The notes under the pieces: generated by a model
Database searches by the model: none
The model's input: only the letters and a program-made list of their open reading frames with translations
What the model was told of the DNA's origin: nothing
Translations under genes and position numbers: made by a program
DNA from: Squalus acanthias
Lineage: Eukaryota
Assembly: GCA_030390025.1 (NCBI GenBank)
Contig: CM059435.1
Location: 97,774,001-97,838,000, forward strand
DNA length: 64,000 nt
Direction: 5' to 3'
In this document: in pieces, positions 51,560-63,705 of the stretch
How positions within the stretch are numbered: position 1 is the stretch's first letter
Layout of the letters: each line of letters opens with the position of its first letter

Positions 51560-53343
51560 CTACCCCAGTGTCTGCAGCATGGCTGGTGGAAGGCTGCTGA
51601 GTTTCTTTGAAGGAGACTGCAGATGGCCTTGGAGGATGACCTCAAGCAGCTCTGGGCCTAGAAGGCCCGGCTGCAGACTGCTCCATCTCGGCACGGGCTT
51701 GCTGGCTGGCTGACAGGCAACAGCAAGGACACTGGCGGAGTGGCAGTGGTGGGAGGATGAATGCTGTCATCCCGAGAGAGGACAGCAGGTTCGTGCTCCA
51801 TGGAGCCACTGCCACTCCCCTGGGACGGCACCTCAGCAATCCTAGTAATCTGTTGGAGGACAGATTGCTAGACTGCTGTGACACTCTGCAAGCTCCTTTC
51901 AACACTGTAATCCATAGCCATAATGGCAGCAAGCTGACTTTGCATGACTTCAATCTGAGCTTCCACTGCAGCACTCAGACTTTTGGTGGAAGCTGCTTGT
52001 GCTGCAATGGAAGCTGAGACATCGGCTATCAGACGCTGCATCATGGTTGGGTCCACAAGTGTGCTAATGGAGTTGGCCACCACTGGAAAGGATGGGCTCC
52101 AAGCTCTGCGCAAAGCCCTGTGCCAAGTTGGTGCCGGACTCCTCCATGCTCCTTAACATTGAATGCAGGGTTTCTGGGAAGCGTCCCAATGCACCAAACA
52201 TTTTTTTGTGCATACCCAGCAGCCTTCTTCTGTATCCTGCCCCATTGAAGTCCTCATCTGAGTCCTCTGCAGCAGAACTCGTGTGCGACCTCACCTCTGG
52301 CAAGCTGGCACCTGCGCTATTCTTGCCCCCAGCCCTGGCTGCAGGCCACTCGTGCCCGGTGTCTCACCACGTGCAGATCCCATCTCTATGCTGTCCTCTA
52401 AATTACACGCAGCGCCAGTATCTGAGCTGGTGCCTGCGATTGTGAAATCGAGTGACTGTGTGTCTTCATCATCACTGTCTTCTTGCTGTTCCTCCACTGC
52501 CTGGTCAGGTTGCACTTTTTCAGTATCTGAAAAGAGAAAGGCACAAGGGTAAGGTTGTGATGAGGGGTGAGGGTGAAAGTAAGAGATGCATGCTTACACC
52601 ATATGCAGCTTGTAAGTCAGAAAAGATTGTGGTATGAGGAGGAAGTGGGATGTGAGAAGAAGGATTAGATAGTAGGATACTATCATCTTCAATTGATTCA
52701 GCCCTGGTGCTGGCCATGGGCTCAGCAATGTCCATCCCAGTAATGGCCAGTACTGTCTCCTCCATTGGGGTTAGGACATGCAGGCGTGCCCTTGCTGCCT
52801 CCGGTTGTATGCCACCTTCTCCTGCAAGAGAGAGGGAAGTGTCTCAATAAGTGTCGTGCAATCTATTTGGGTGATGTGGCTGTCATGGTTGAATAGCTAG
52901 CAGTGTGTGCAAGCTGTGAGATGTGGGTGTGAGGCCTGCAGCAGTCCTAAGTGTGTGAAAGTGAGATGAAGCATATAAATGCTAGGTATGAAGTCTGATT
53001 GATAGAGATTGTTGATAGGTGAGTGATTGGGATGTGGTGATTTGAGCAGCGTCTGAGGCTAGTGGTGCAGTTGGTAGGATATGGCATTTGAAGATGCATT
53101 CACTGACCTTGACCACTCGTGGTCAAGGTCAGTGAATGCATTGCAGCACTGCACCCATGTCCTCGGGGCTTGACTCCTGGCATTGACCTCCATGGCTATC
53201 TGCTCCCGCTGCCTTCTGACCGTGTGTCTGGAAAGCCTCCTTCCCCCCCTGTGGATACATGACACCTCTCTTCCTTTCTACTTCCAGAGCAACGTCCGAG
53301 AACCTTGGAACCTGCTCTCTCCCCTGTTGTGCTATTCCTCATT
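51560..53343 (-). pseudogene. Harbinger Myb/SANT-like DNA-binding protein gene, 3 exons (approx. 53343-53108, 52821-52681, 52526-~51560), disrupted
   Basis: PRFSDVALE...EQIAMEVNARSQAPRTWVQC. Splice sites AAG|GTCAGT, ctctcttgcag|GAG, ATA|GTATCC, tctcttttcag|ATA. Acidic linker and heptad-like C-terminus. Confidence 0.8.
53094..53141. repeat. Perfect 23-bp inverted repeat with 2-nt spacer
   Basis: ATGCATTCACTGACCTTGACCAC-TC-GTGGTCAAGGTCAGTGAATGCAT. Confidence 0.97.
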
Positions 53344-53769
53344 CTTTCCCAGGTCAGAATCTCATCAACCACGACTCCCAGCACCTGATGCAGCCACAAT
53401 GCACCTCCCCTTTAAGAGGTACAGGCTTGCTTTAACTGGTGCTAGCCTCTCACGATTTTGGCCCCCTACTGATGCGTCCAGCCAATGAACAGCACGGTTA
53501 GCGCTGGCTGGACACTAAAATCATTTAAAAACGCAGGCAGCACAAAGGTGGCGTGCTGCCTGCATCGGACTCAACATGCACAGGTTAATCGCGCATCGCG
53601 ATCCCCGCGCCCGTTTTCGGAGGCTATCGAATTTCGCAGCCCTCCTCTCCTGAAAGTGGTGATTCATATTGAGGTATGGTTTCATGGGTGCTGGAAGCCT
53701 TACCATGAATCCATGACAATAAAGGTTGGCAGGCTACAAATGAGCTTTACCCTGTCCTTGCCTTATGTT

Positions 53770-54000
53770 CATGCACATCCATTGCACTTCTAGCAGGAGC
53801 CACTGAATAGTAATTAGCAGCAGGACCCTTGACTGACATTTCTATTCTCTCCGAGATACTGAAACCAGTTGTAACACACCAGCTGCTGCCCTGGCTGAGA
53901 TCAGCTAAATCAGTTTGGACTAGGAATTGAACTTGGAAGTTTTCTGATTTAGCCAAGTGGGAAGCCACAGTCTCTGCATTCATTGAGCCATCAAGAAAGC
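53770..54000 (-). mobile_element. Ancient tRNA-SINE-like remnant
   Basis: GGCTGAGATCAGCTAA...GGAATTGAAC (reverse B-box-like)...TGAGCCA; by recognition only. Confidence 0.45.
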
Positions 54001-55824
54001 CAAAGCAAATACTACCTTTGGACCCCAGTCACCAGTTTGAATCTATATTGATGTTCAAACAAAATGTCACCCATAAAATTAAGTCAATGGAAAGGAAAAT
54101 CGGGTGGAGTGTATAATGGGCGACGATTCGCTGCTGCCCGTTTTGCACACCCGCCGAAGTTGAATTTCACGCACGTTGAATTGTTTTCTATTTATATTGT
54201 TACTTTTGGGTTAAATTGATAGTATTCGGCAGCAGCACGCAAAATGGACACATTATTCTAGTTTTCCATCAACATTGGTTTAGGATTTCAGTGGCATTAT
54301 GGAGCAGCTGAAGGCAGGAGATTTTCAGTAATGTGGCATCTGAAGTTGTCTTCTCTATTCCCCAGCACAATTCTGTCACTTGCAAAAACTTGCCCTGGCC
54401 TCAGACCAGATTTGTTTAGCAGCCCCCTGTCCCACCAGTTTCATGATGCATTGTTTTTAATTACAAAAATGATCTATTCCTTTGTACCATTTTTTGCTGT
54501 TTGTCACTGGCATTCGGGTGTAATTCACATAGTCCTATTACAGAACTAGTTCTTGAAATGGGTCTGTAATGTAACCCAGTGAAATGGAATTAGCCTTATT
54601 TGTAATTGCAAGGCTGTTTCCACAGCATTGGATCAATAAAAGAACACAATGTGTGCAAACTTGTGCATGAGTATTGGTTTCACAACTTTATTTTCTGCCG
54701 CACTACCTTCCCCAAAGGCTGAAGAAGGTTCTTACTAGTCAACCAGTGCAAAACTACTTTCCTGGCCTGTATAGATGCGCTAAGCTGCTCAGTCCATTGA
54801 CAGCCAGAAGAGATGGCAGCCCTTCCCTCCTGTGAAACTATTTCAAATGCTGTCAAGGCAGTATACTTCATGAGGCCAGTAAAAACCACGGCCCCAAAAA
54901 TCCATGTGAGGGTAAATCCAGCCGAGGTGCCTAGATGCGCCTGCTGGGAACCTTCACCACTGACCCTGGCAGACTTACTATAATCAGGACGAGGTTCCCT
55001 GCCTTACATTGCAATGGTGGGTGCCCGTGCCACTATGGACACATCTAGACCATTGACTATGATGAAGGCGCCAGAAAAACCAGCAGAGGTACCAGGCCAG
55101 GGAAGGGAGTGTCAGTTCTCCTTCCCCGAAACAAAACAAAACTGGCTCCAGCAGCCCCTTTGTAAGAAGGCAATTTTTTAAAATGGTTTTCCTCTTTGAC
55201 CCAGATAGGCCCCACTTTCACTCCTCATCAGCATGCTGTGCTTGGTCTCACCAGACATACCTCTACCGACCCTACGCCCAGTGCCACTGAGGGCCGAGAA
55301 AGTAGGAACTCTTGACATAAGGAGTGCCCAATTCTTTGCTCTGCCCCTCTCTTATCCGATAGCCATGTTTGGGGCAGGTGGTGGCTCCGTCCCCAACAAG
55401 CTATCTTGGAATCCCTGATGTAAGACTTAGGCGTATCCAGGTCCGGACCTAATTTCCGGTCCTCTCCTGCCAAAGTTATGACAGGAGAGCGCTGGAAGGT
55501 CTACAGATGTTCAGCCTCCACTTCTTTCGGTGTTATTTACCTTACAGTGCTGCCACTGAAATGGGAACCTTCACTAGCCATAGAGCTCTAAAGTAACTGG
55601 GACATTAAACGCCAATAAAACGCACCAGAATATATTTAAGTGAGCCATTAGTTGTTAATAGAATGAAATAATTTTTCGTGCCATGACATTACAAACTGTT
55701 CTTTCCAGCGTGATTATAAAATTCATCCATTTTGCTTCCTGTTTAAATGATGACCTTACCAATGTACCTGTTATTCTATGAATGAAATGCAATAAAGATG
55801 CAGTTGAATGAGTGTTTTAAGTAA

Positions 55825-56040
55825 TGATGCAGAGATGCCGGCGTTGGACTGGGGTGGACAAAAATGAGAAGTCGCACAACACCAGGTTATAGTCCAACAG
55901 ATTTATTTAAAATTACAAGCTTTCGGAGAAGATTCTCTCACAGTAACTTTGCCTGACGAAGGGGCGACAGCTCCAAAAGCTTGTAATTTTAAATAAATCT
56001 GTTGAACTATAAGCTGGTGTTGTGCGACTTCTCATTTTTG
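55825..56040. mobile_element. Minimal Penelope-like insertion: inverted pseudo-LTR halves with hammerhead core
   Basis: 70-bp inverted arms 55859-55928 / 55971-56040 (3 mismatches); TSD TTTTAAGTAA (55815-24, 56041-50); core CTGACGA-A-GGGGC-GACA-GCTCC-AAAAGCT. Confidence 0.85.
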
Positions 56041-57448
56041 TTTTAAGTAAAGCAGTAGATCGTCCCAAGTGCTAAAAGGTGAGTTGGGATATGTATGGCC
56101 AGTAGAGCTGAAAAGTGCAGGCGGAGTCTTGGTTCAAGTCAAGGTATGGAAACTTGGGCAGTGTGGATACAAATTGTTACATTGGATTTAATGAGTGTCA
56201 AATTATAATGGGTCTTTTGTGGCGTAGTTATGGATTATGTGTCTGTCGCACAACATGGTTAGATAAAGAAAGGAATCTCTGATGGTTATGGATTGCAGTT
56301 AGAAAAATAGATAAATATGTGATTCTGAGCCTCTTGGGTGCTTTGTTGTATTATAATTCGAAATAGAATAATTGAGAATCAGAAGCGTAGATAATATACA
56401 AGAAAGGAAACTGCATGTAAATATTAGAACTAGTGAGTAGATAAACATTGGAAATGTATATAAATACATGGAGCAATATACATGTCTGAATATATGAAAT
56501 TATTACGTTAACGAGAGGGCTGCAGAACAGGTGTGGAAAGCAGCAGGAAGTGGAGCATGTTGCTGGGGAGTGGGAGCAGTGGAGCCAGAGGACAAGACTT
56601 GGAGCAATGGAGAGTGATTGGGAGGGGGGAGAGGGGCTAGTTAAGTTTGAAGCCAGGAAACAAGACCAGGTTTAGTCAAGGTGGTAATAGGATCCGGTCA
56701 TGTTGATTAAAAAGCAAGTTAATTTTCTTTCTGCCTGGATCTGGGTGTTTTTCACAGTTCGAACACTGAACCAATAAAAAAACTGGAAAATGAGTCTAAC
56801 TAATCAATAAGTAAGTTAGTGCATGAGTCGACAGACACGGAAAGTTATATCGATATATTGTAAAGTAACCGGTGGTAATAAACAGCCAAAAGTAAAGTTT
56901 AAAGAAATGTTGGGGGGATATTAACTCCCTTCACCTAGCAGAAACTTGGCAGTATGGAAGTTCAAATCAAAGCGGTAGACTTTCTGCCCCGAATTACTCG
57001 GGCGGGAGCCTCAGGAATACATTTAAATCAGGGCCCCGTTACCAAGATAGGACCCCAAAGCTATTTTTATGGTCTACAGGACGGACCATCCATCATGAAC
57101 ACTCCACCGTATACAACCTGTTGGCCAAGATGCCCTCAAAGGTAGGTGAAAAAAATATTTTTGAGGAGCCAGGAGGAGCAGGGACGCCTATTTAGGACGG
57201 GGAGCTCTCTGGTTTTATTTAAATAAGGTCCAGCCCTCAAAATGGTCCTGGCATCTCACTGCACCTCCTAGTGGGTTGGCTATCAAGATATATCACACAC
57301 GTAGGCCGCGATTTTCCCGACCTCGGCGGATCAATGGCGGGTCGCGGCCTCGCTGCTGGCTCCATCCTGGCCTCCGACATGACTTTCCCCTGATAGGGCT
57401 AGTTAAGCCCGCCCAGCGAGTTTCCCGGCCAATTGAAGGAAGCAGGTC

Positions 57449-57512
57449 TGATGACGTCATTTGATGACGCGTCATTTGATGACGCGTCATCAACCGGTTT
57501 CCTTAAAGGGAC
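57449..57512 (+). promoter_or_regulatory. Putative Harbinger Myb-gene promoter: CRE palindrome plus TGATGACGCGTCAT repeats and a TTAAA box
   Basis: CCAAT...GGAAG...TGACGTCA (57452-59)...CCTTAAAGGG upstream of the Myb-like frame; equivalent motifs at 1378 and 24624. Confidence 0.45.
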
Positions 57513-58082
57513 CATGGCCACATTTACTTTGACATTTGTGCTGTCAGTGTTCTACAGCATTGAGATGCTGCAAACACTGACGAGCACTGCACAGAGGTGC
57601 ACTGCTGCACCCAGGCTCTCCCATGACTCCCTCCATATGCTTATGGAAGGAGTCACAGCACGCAGGGAGGTTCTCTTCCCTTCCAATGGGTGGAAGAGAC
57701 CTCCCCACGAGATCAACACAGCCTGGTTGCACATTGCAGAGGAGGGCACAAGCAGGGATGTCGTCAGGAGGACCAGACTGCAGTGGCACAAACCTTTCAA
57801 TGATCTCAGTAGATCACGAAACGTTACTACAAAGCCACACTCAACCTCATCCTGCTGTGCCACTCATCACATCCCCATCACTCTGCCTTCCCTACCCTAC
57901 TCCTGCACATCCTTACTCACACCAACTTACCTTGGACCTCCACCCATCCCTCTCTATCTACATTATCACTTCCCCATCTCACTAGACACTCACCCTCATC
58001 CTAGTCCAATCACACTAACTAACAACACACAAGGGTAGGCACTTGTGTGTTTTAGCCAATGCTCATGTGAAGATTCTGTTAA

Positions 58083-60811
58083 GGTATTCAATATTCAGGA
58101 AGGACAGGCAAAAAGGAAAAGGAGGTGGGGTAGCATTGCTGGTTAAAGAGGAGATTAACACAATAGTAAGGAAGGATATTAGCTCTGATGATGTGGAATC
58201 TGTATGGGTAGAGCTGAGAAATACCAAGGGGCAGAAAACGTTAGTGGGAGTTGTGTACAGATCCCCAAACAGTAATGCTGAGGTTGGAGATGGCATTAAA
58301 CGGGAAATTAGAGAAGCGTGCAATAAGGGCACAGCAGTTATCATGGATGACTTTAATCTACATATAGATTGGGCTAACCAAATTAGTAACAATACTGTGG
58401 AAGAGGAATTCCTAGAGTGTATACGGGATGGTTTCCTGGACCAATATGTCGAGGAACCAACTAGAGATCAGGCCATCTTAGACTGGGTATTATGTAATGA
58501 GAAAGGATTAATTAGCAATCTTGTTGTGCGAGGCCCCTTGGGGAGGAGCGATCATAATATGATAGAATTCTTCATTAAGATGGAGAGTGAAGTAGTAGTT
58601 GACTCAGAGACTAGGGTCCTGAATTTAAATAAAGGAAACTACAATGGTATGAGGCGCGAGTTGGCTAGGATGGATTGGGGAATGTTACTTAAAGGGTTGA
58701 CGGTGGATAGGCAATGGCAAACATTTAAAGATCGCATGGATGAACTACAGAATTTGTTCATCCCTGTTTGGCATAAAAATAAAACAAAAAAGGTGACTCA
58801 ACCATGGCTAACAAGGGAAATTAGGGATAGCATAAGATCCAAGGAGAGGACATATAAATTGGCCAGAAAAAATAGCAAACCTGAGGATTGGGAGCAGTTT
58901 AGGATTCAGCAAAGGAGGACAAAGGGATTAATTAAGAGGGGGAAAATAGAGTATGAGAGTAAGCTTGCAGGGAACATAAAAACTGACTGTAAAAGCTTCT
59001 ATAGATATGTGAAGAGAAAAAGATTGGTGAAGTCAAGCGTAGGTCCTTTGCAGTCAGAATCAGGGGAATTTATAATGGGGAACAAAGAAATGGCAGACCA
59101 ATTAAATACATACTTTGGTTCTGTCTTCACAAAGGAGGACACAAATAAACTCCCAGAGATGTCGGGGAACATAGGGTCTAATGAGAGGGAGGAATTGAAT
59201 GAAATCAGTATTTGTAGGGAAATGGTGTTAGGGAAATGGACGGGATTGAAGGCCGATAAATCCCCAAGGCCTGATAATCTACATCCTAGGGTACTTAAGG
59301 AAGTGGCCCTAGAAATAGTAGATGCATTGCTGGTCATCTTCCAAAATTCTATAGACTCTGGAACAGTTCCCATGGATTGGAGGGTAGCTAATGTAACCCC
59401 ACTATTTAAAAAAGGTGGTAGAGAGAAAACGGGGAATTATAGACCGGTAAGCCTGACGTCGGTAGTGGGGAAAATGCTAGAGTCCATTATAAAAGATGTA
59501 ATAGCAGAGCACTTGGAAAACAGTGACAGGATTGGACAAAGTCAACATGGATTTACAAAAGGTAAATCATGCTTGACTAATCTACTGGAATTTTTTGAGG
59601 ATGTAACTGGTAGAATAGATAAGGGAGAACCAGTGGATGTGGTGTATTTGGACTTTCAGAAGGCTTTCGATAAGGTACCGCATAAGAGATTAGCGTGCAA
59701 AGTTAAAGCACATGGGATTGGGGGTAAGGTACTGACTTGGATAGAAAACTGGTTCGCAGACAGGAAGCAAAGAGTTGGAATAAATGGGTCTTTTTCCGAG
59801 TGGCAGGCAGTGACAAGTGGGGTACCGCAGGGATCGGTGCTAGGACCCCAGTTATTCACAATATATATTAATGATCTAGACGAGGGAACTAGATGTAATA
59901 TCTCCAAGTTTGCAGACGACACAAAGCTGGGTGGCCGTGTGTGCTGTGAGGAGGATGCAGAGAAACTCCAGTATGATTTGGGCAGGTTGGGTGATTGGGC
60001 AGATGCAAGGCAGATGCAGTATAATGTGGATAAATGCGAGGTTATCCACTTTGGTGGCAAAAACAGGAAGGCAGATTATTATCTGATTGGGAAAAGGGGA
60101 AGTGCAACGAGACCTGGGTGTCCTTGTGCACCAGTCGCTGAAGGTAAGCATGCAGGTGCAGCAGGCGGTTAAGAAGGCAAATGGCCTTCATAGCGAGAGG
60201 ATTCGAGTACAGGAGCAAGGATGTCTTGCTGCAGTTGTACAGGGCCTTGATGAGACCACACCTTGAGTATTGTGTGCAGTTTTGGTCGCCTTATCTGAGG
60301 AAGGATGTTCTTGCCATGGAGGGAGTGCAGCGAAGATTCACCAGACTGATACCTGGGATGGCAGGAATGACGTATTGGGTCGATTAGGCTTATATTCGCT
60401 AGAGTTTAGAAGAATGAGAGGGCATCTCATTGAAACTTATAAAATTCTAACAGGACTAGACAGACTAGATGCAGGAAGGCTGTTCCCGATGGCGGGGGAG
60501 TCCAGAACCAGGGGTCACAGTCTAAGGATAAGGGGTAAGCCATTTAGGACTGAGATGAGGAGGAATTTCTTCACCCAGAGAGTGGTGAACCTATGGAATT
60601 CTCTACCACAGAAGGCAGTTGAGGCCAATTCATTAAATATATTCAAGAAGGAGTTAGATATATTTCTTAAGGCTAAAGGGATCAAGGGATATGGGGAGAA
60701 AGCAGGGACAGGGTACTGAATTTGGATGATCAGCCATGATCGCATTGAATGGCGGAGCAGGTTCGAGGGGCCGAATGGCCTACTCCTGCTCCTATCTTCT
60801 ATGTTTCTATG
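58083..60811 (+). mobile_element. Young CR1, 5'-truncated within APE; ~2 kb of ORF2 is open, with frameshifts near 60085, 60180 and 60372
   Basis: ORF 58043..60172: GGGVALL, DFN, SDH, YLDFQKAFDKVPH, GVPQGSVLGP, FADD; tail TTCTATGTTTCTATGT. Confidence 0.96.
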
Positions 60812-63705
60812 TGTTGTCAAACATTGAAATCTTTAATTTCAACACTTTGCGTTCTTGGACAGATTTGTGTGAACCTTTGGAAGTGGCTTTGTGAGTTGCA
60901 GTGAATGGTGAGACATAACGGTACCCCCCGCAATGCTGATGAGTGTGAAAGGAATGGCTTGGGCATTATAGGGATGCTTTATGTTGTTGGTGTAGGGCGG
61001 TGCCAACCTGGTGCATCATGTGGCAGCCAGGGTTGCAGTGTCAAGTGAAGTAAATCTGACCATGGTGAAGCCATCCCTGGCATCCCAGGCAGCAATGTGG
61101 CTTGGTGCTGATGCCCTCTGTCTTGTGCAGCACCAGGTGATTGCGGAGAAGGTTGGTGCTGCTGGTGTGCCTGGTGATGCTGGTGTTGGGGCTGATCGTG
61201 GTCAGATTCTGAGGTCCAAGGTGAGAGAGTATAAAGTGCACCCAGATGGCAGATAAGTAGAGATGACAGAAGTGATCTGTCAATGATGGGAGAGGTAATG
61301 AGGTCAGACTGGATGGAGACTTGTGTAAAGACTTGCAGCATCCTGAATCTTTAGTGGAAATGCAGTTTCGAGAAGCTAGTGGTTAAGGGAACATTTCTCA
61401 ATCAGCTGGGAGCTTTGACTTGACATTTGAAGCTGTCAACTCATCAGCTGATTCAATGGCAAGTGACCTCCCACCTCAGCTTCACAGACGAGGTCTAGGC
61501 ACAGCAGGAAACCGTTGGGCGACCTGTCAAGTTCAAAGAGCTGGGAAAAAAAGCATTGTCAAGTCGCTGTAAACAAGCCACTAATGATTTGAATTGGGTC
61601 TCCCCGCCGCTGCCTGTCGGGTCTGCTCAGCGCTGGCCGACCCGACGTCAGGAAATGCAGGTGTGCACGTTTTGACAGTGGGTTCCCGACCCACTGTCAA
61701 TCATTTTAAAATTTCACAGCTGACCCGCCACCCATCGCGTCTGCTGAGCGCCAGCAAAATCACGGCCGTAGTGTTGCAGAAACGCATCTGGCCAGTGAAA
61801 GGGTTTTAGTCACTGTGGCTAATCAGTCTGTAAAAATATGACAAGCCACTAACAGACATGATTAGCTTGGAGCTAGTTAAGGCCCCTGAAATTTATGAAC
61901 TGCAAAGTTGATGGATGGGACTTTGGCAGCATTCCACTTTAAAAGTCTTGGGGGGTTCATTAAACCTGCTGTATTTTAATTAGCTAGTGTATATTGCCAA
62001 TATATTTCTTAAGCCACAGATTGAGCACAGTGGCGTTTGGCAGATAACAGTTGTGCCCAATAGGGCTACTATATACTTCCTGAATTAAAACAGTGAAAAA
62101 GTAAACAAGCACAGTTAAAGCAATTTCCTGTTATTGATTCTAAACCACTTGCTGAATTTCCAAACAGATGTTTCTGAATTATAGAGCGAGCTATATTTAA
62201 ACAGGCCTTCATAGGAAATGATTCAAGTAAAATGGTAACATTCAATCAAATGCAACCCTTCAGCCAAGTCCAATTTATATTATCAGGAGTGCCCTCTTAT
62301 CAAGTCGTATTATGGAAACCCATCCATGCAAAACTATTACAAGCTGCAAAGCCAAAAGCAAGTCTTACCTTCTTAATGAAATGAGCACAGAGCAGCTCTC
62401 TACCCAAAGTCCATATGGCAGAGCTGAGGATGGAAATACTTCCCTTTGAGACTTGGATGCAACACCTAGGTACTTGGCTAAATGGTGGAAGTGATATTCT
62501 TCTTCCTCTGGCAAGAGCCCGAAAGGGCCAGTTGAACTCTGTGGGTTCAAAAGTTCCATGCAAAAGAAATTAACCATTTTGTGCTGGTTCTAAATAATCC
62601 TTTGGATTATGGCAGAATTTTATTAGAATAACTTATTCCATATTTTGTTAAGCGATCCACTGTAGAATTTAATGCAACACATTAATGGTTATGGTGCTAC
62701 AGAAAGCAACCAGACATTACAGTGGGTTAAAATGCTATCCTTTTTCTGATGGGACCCAAGTTAAAATTGAGGCAAGATTGATCGCAAGAAAACCTTTTCA
62801 CTATGTTGGCTGTAAAATGTCTATTTATATTTGTTTTCTACTAGCAAGTAACTAATGTGACAACTCATGACCTCAGTTACATACGAGCATGATATAAGTG
62901 AGAGTTGATTTACTGGGAAAAAAACATCTGGTTAAGAATAAGCCCACTCATTCTTTAAACATGGCCACACACTGACTGGCATCATTGTGTTTATTTTTTT
63001 TAATAATCTTCTGTTCCTTGTCATCAGTCCTTTCACAACATTGCACTGCACCTTCTTTCATATTCATGATATTTAAAACAAAGTGAAAATGTACTTGGAA
63101 AGGTTTATTGCTTTCTGATTAATGACAAATAAAAGATATTCCCTGAGTGAATCTTTGCTTGAACTATTCCCAGTTGTCTCTGAAAATTCAAGATAAATGT
63201 ACTGCAACATGAATTCAGTGTAAAGATTAAATGTTGTTCTAATTACTAGTCTAATGAAAAGCTGCTGTAAATACATAGATATAAGAAGAAATACCTATAA
63301 AACTAGAAGGTAGTGTCCAATGGAGTGGAAAATATTGCTGCTTCTGTGCAGTCTTGACTTTGTTTTTAACCAGCTTGGTGCGATTTTCTGTAGAAGTCTA
63401 TTAAACAGTTACAATTCCCAGCAACCCTTGCAAACTCCCCAAGATAAAATCAATATTTCTTAAATTCTGTAGAGATATGACTCAAACACCTTACAGTTCT
63501 TAACCTTAAGCAGATACAGTACATTCAAACTTACAGTCTGACATAGCAACCACCAGATATCTTACATTGACTCTAAGCAGAATGCCATCACAGAAAACTC
63601 TTCTGCTTTGCAGAAAGATTTCTCAAAACATGTTAATGTCCTATAAATGTTGGCAATAAACCCCACTAAACCTATGCTGAAGAGTGAAAGAGGATATAAG
63701 CAAAT

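Larger units (their letters stand above)
49755..53641 (+). mobile_element. Near full-length PIF/Harbinger transposon (decayed), with convergent transposase and Myb/SANT genes
   Basis: Imperfect ends GGTGACGATTTT / AATTTCGCAGCC; flanks CTT and CTC; both expected genes are present tail-to-tail. Confidence 0.85.
57304..61767 (+). mobile_element. Non-autonomous Harbinger element, copy D, split by a CR1 insertion
   Basis: TIR GGCCGCGATTTT / AAAATCACGGCC; TSD GTA (57301-03, 61768-70). Collinear with copy A on both sides of the CR1. Confidence 0.92.

Noticed and set aside
54707-54830. Minus-strand open segment with an acceptor-like site
   Set aside because: Weak donor and no recognisable protein.
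58043-60172. 709-aa ORF as a host gene or intact autonomous LINE
   Set aside because: It is a 5'-truncated CR1 ORF2 with downstream frameshifts, and its start lies in flanking transposon DNA.
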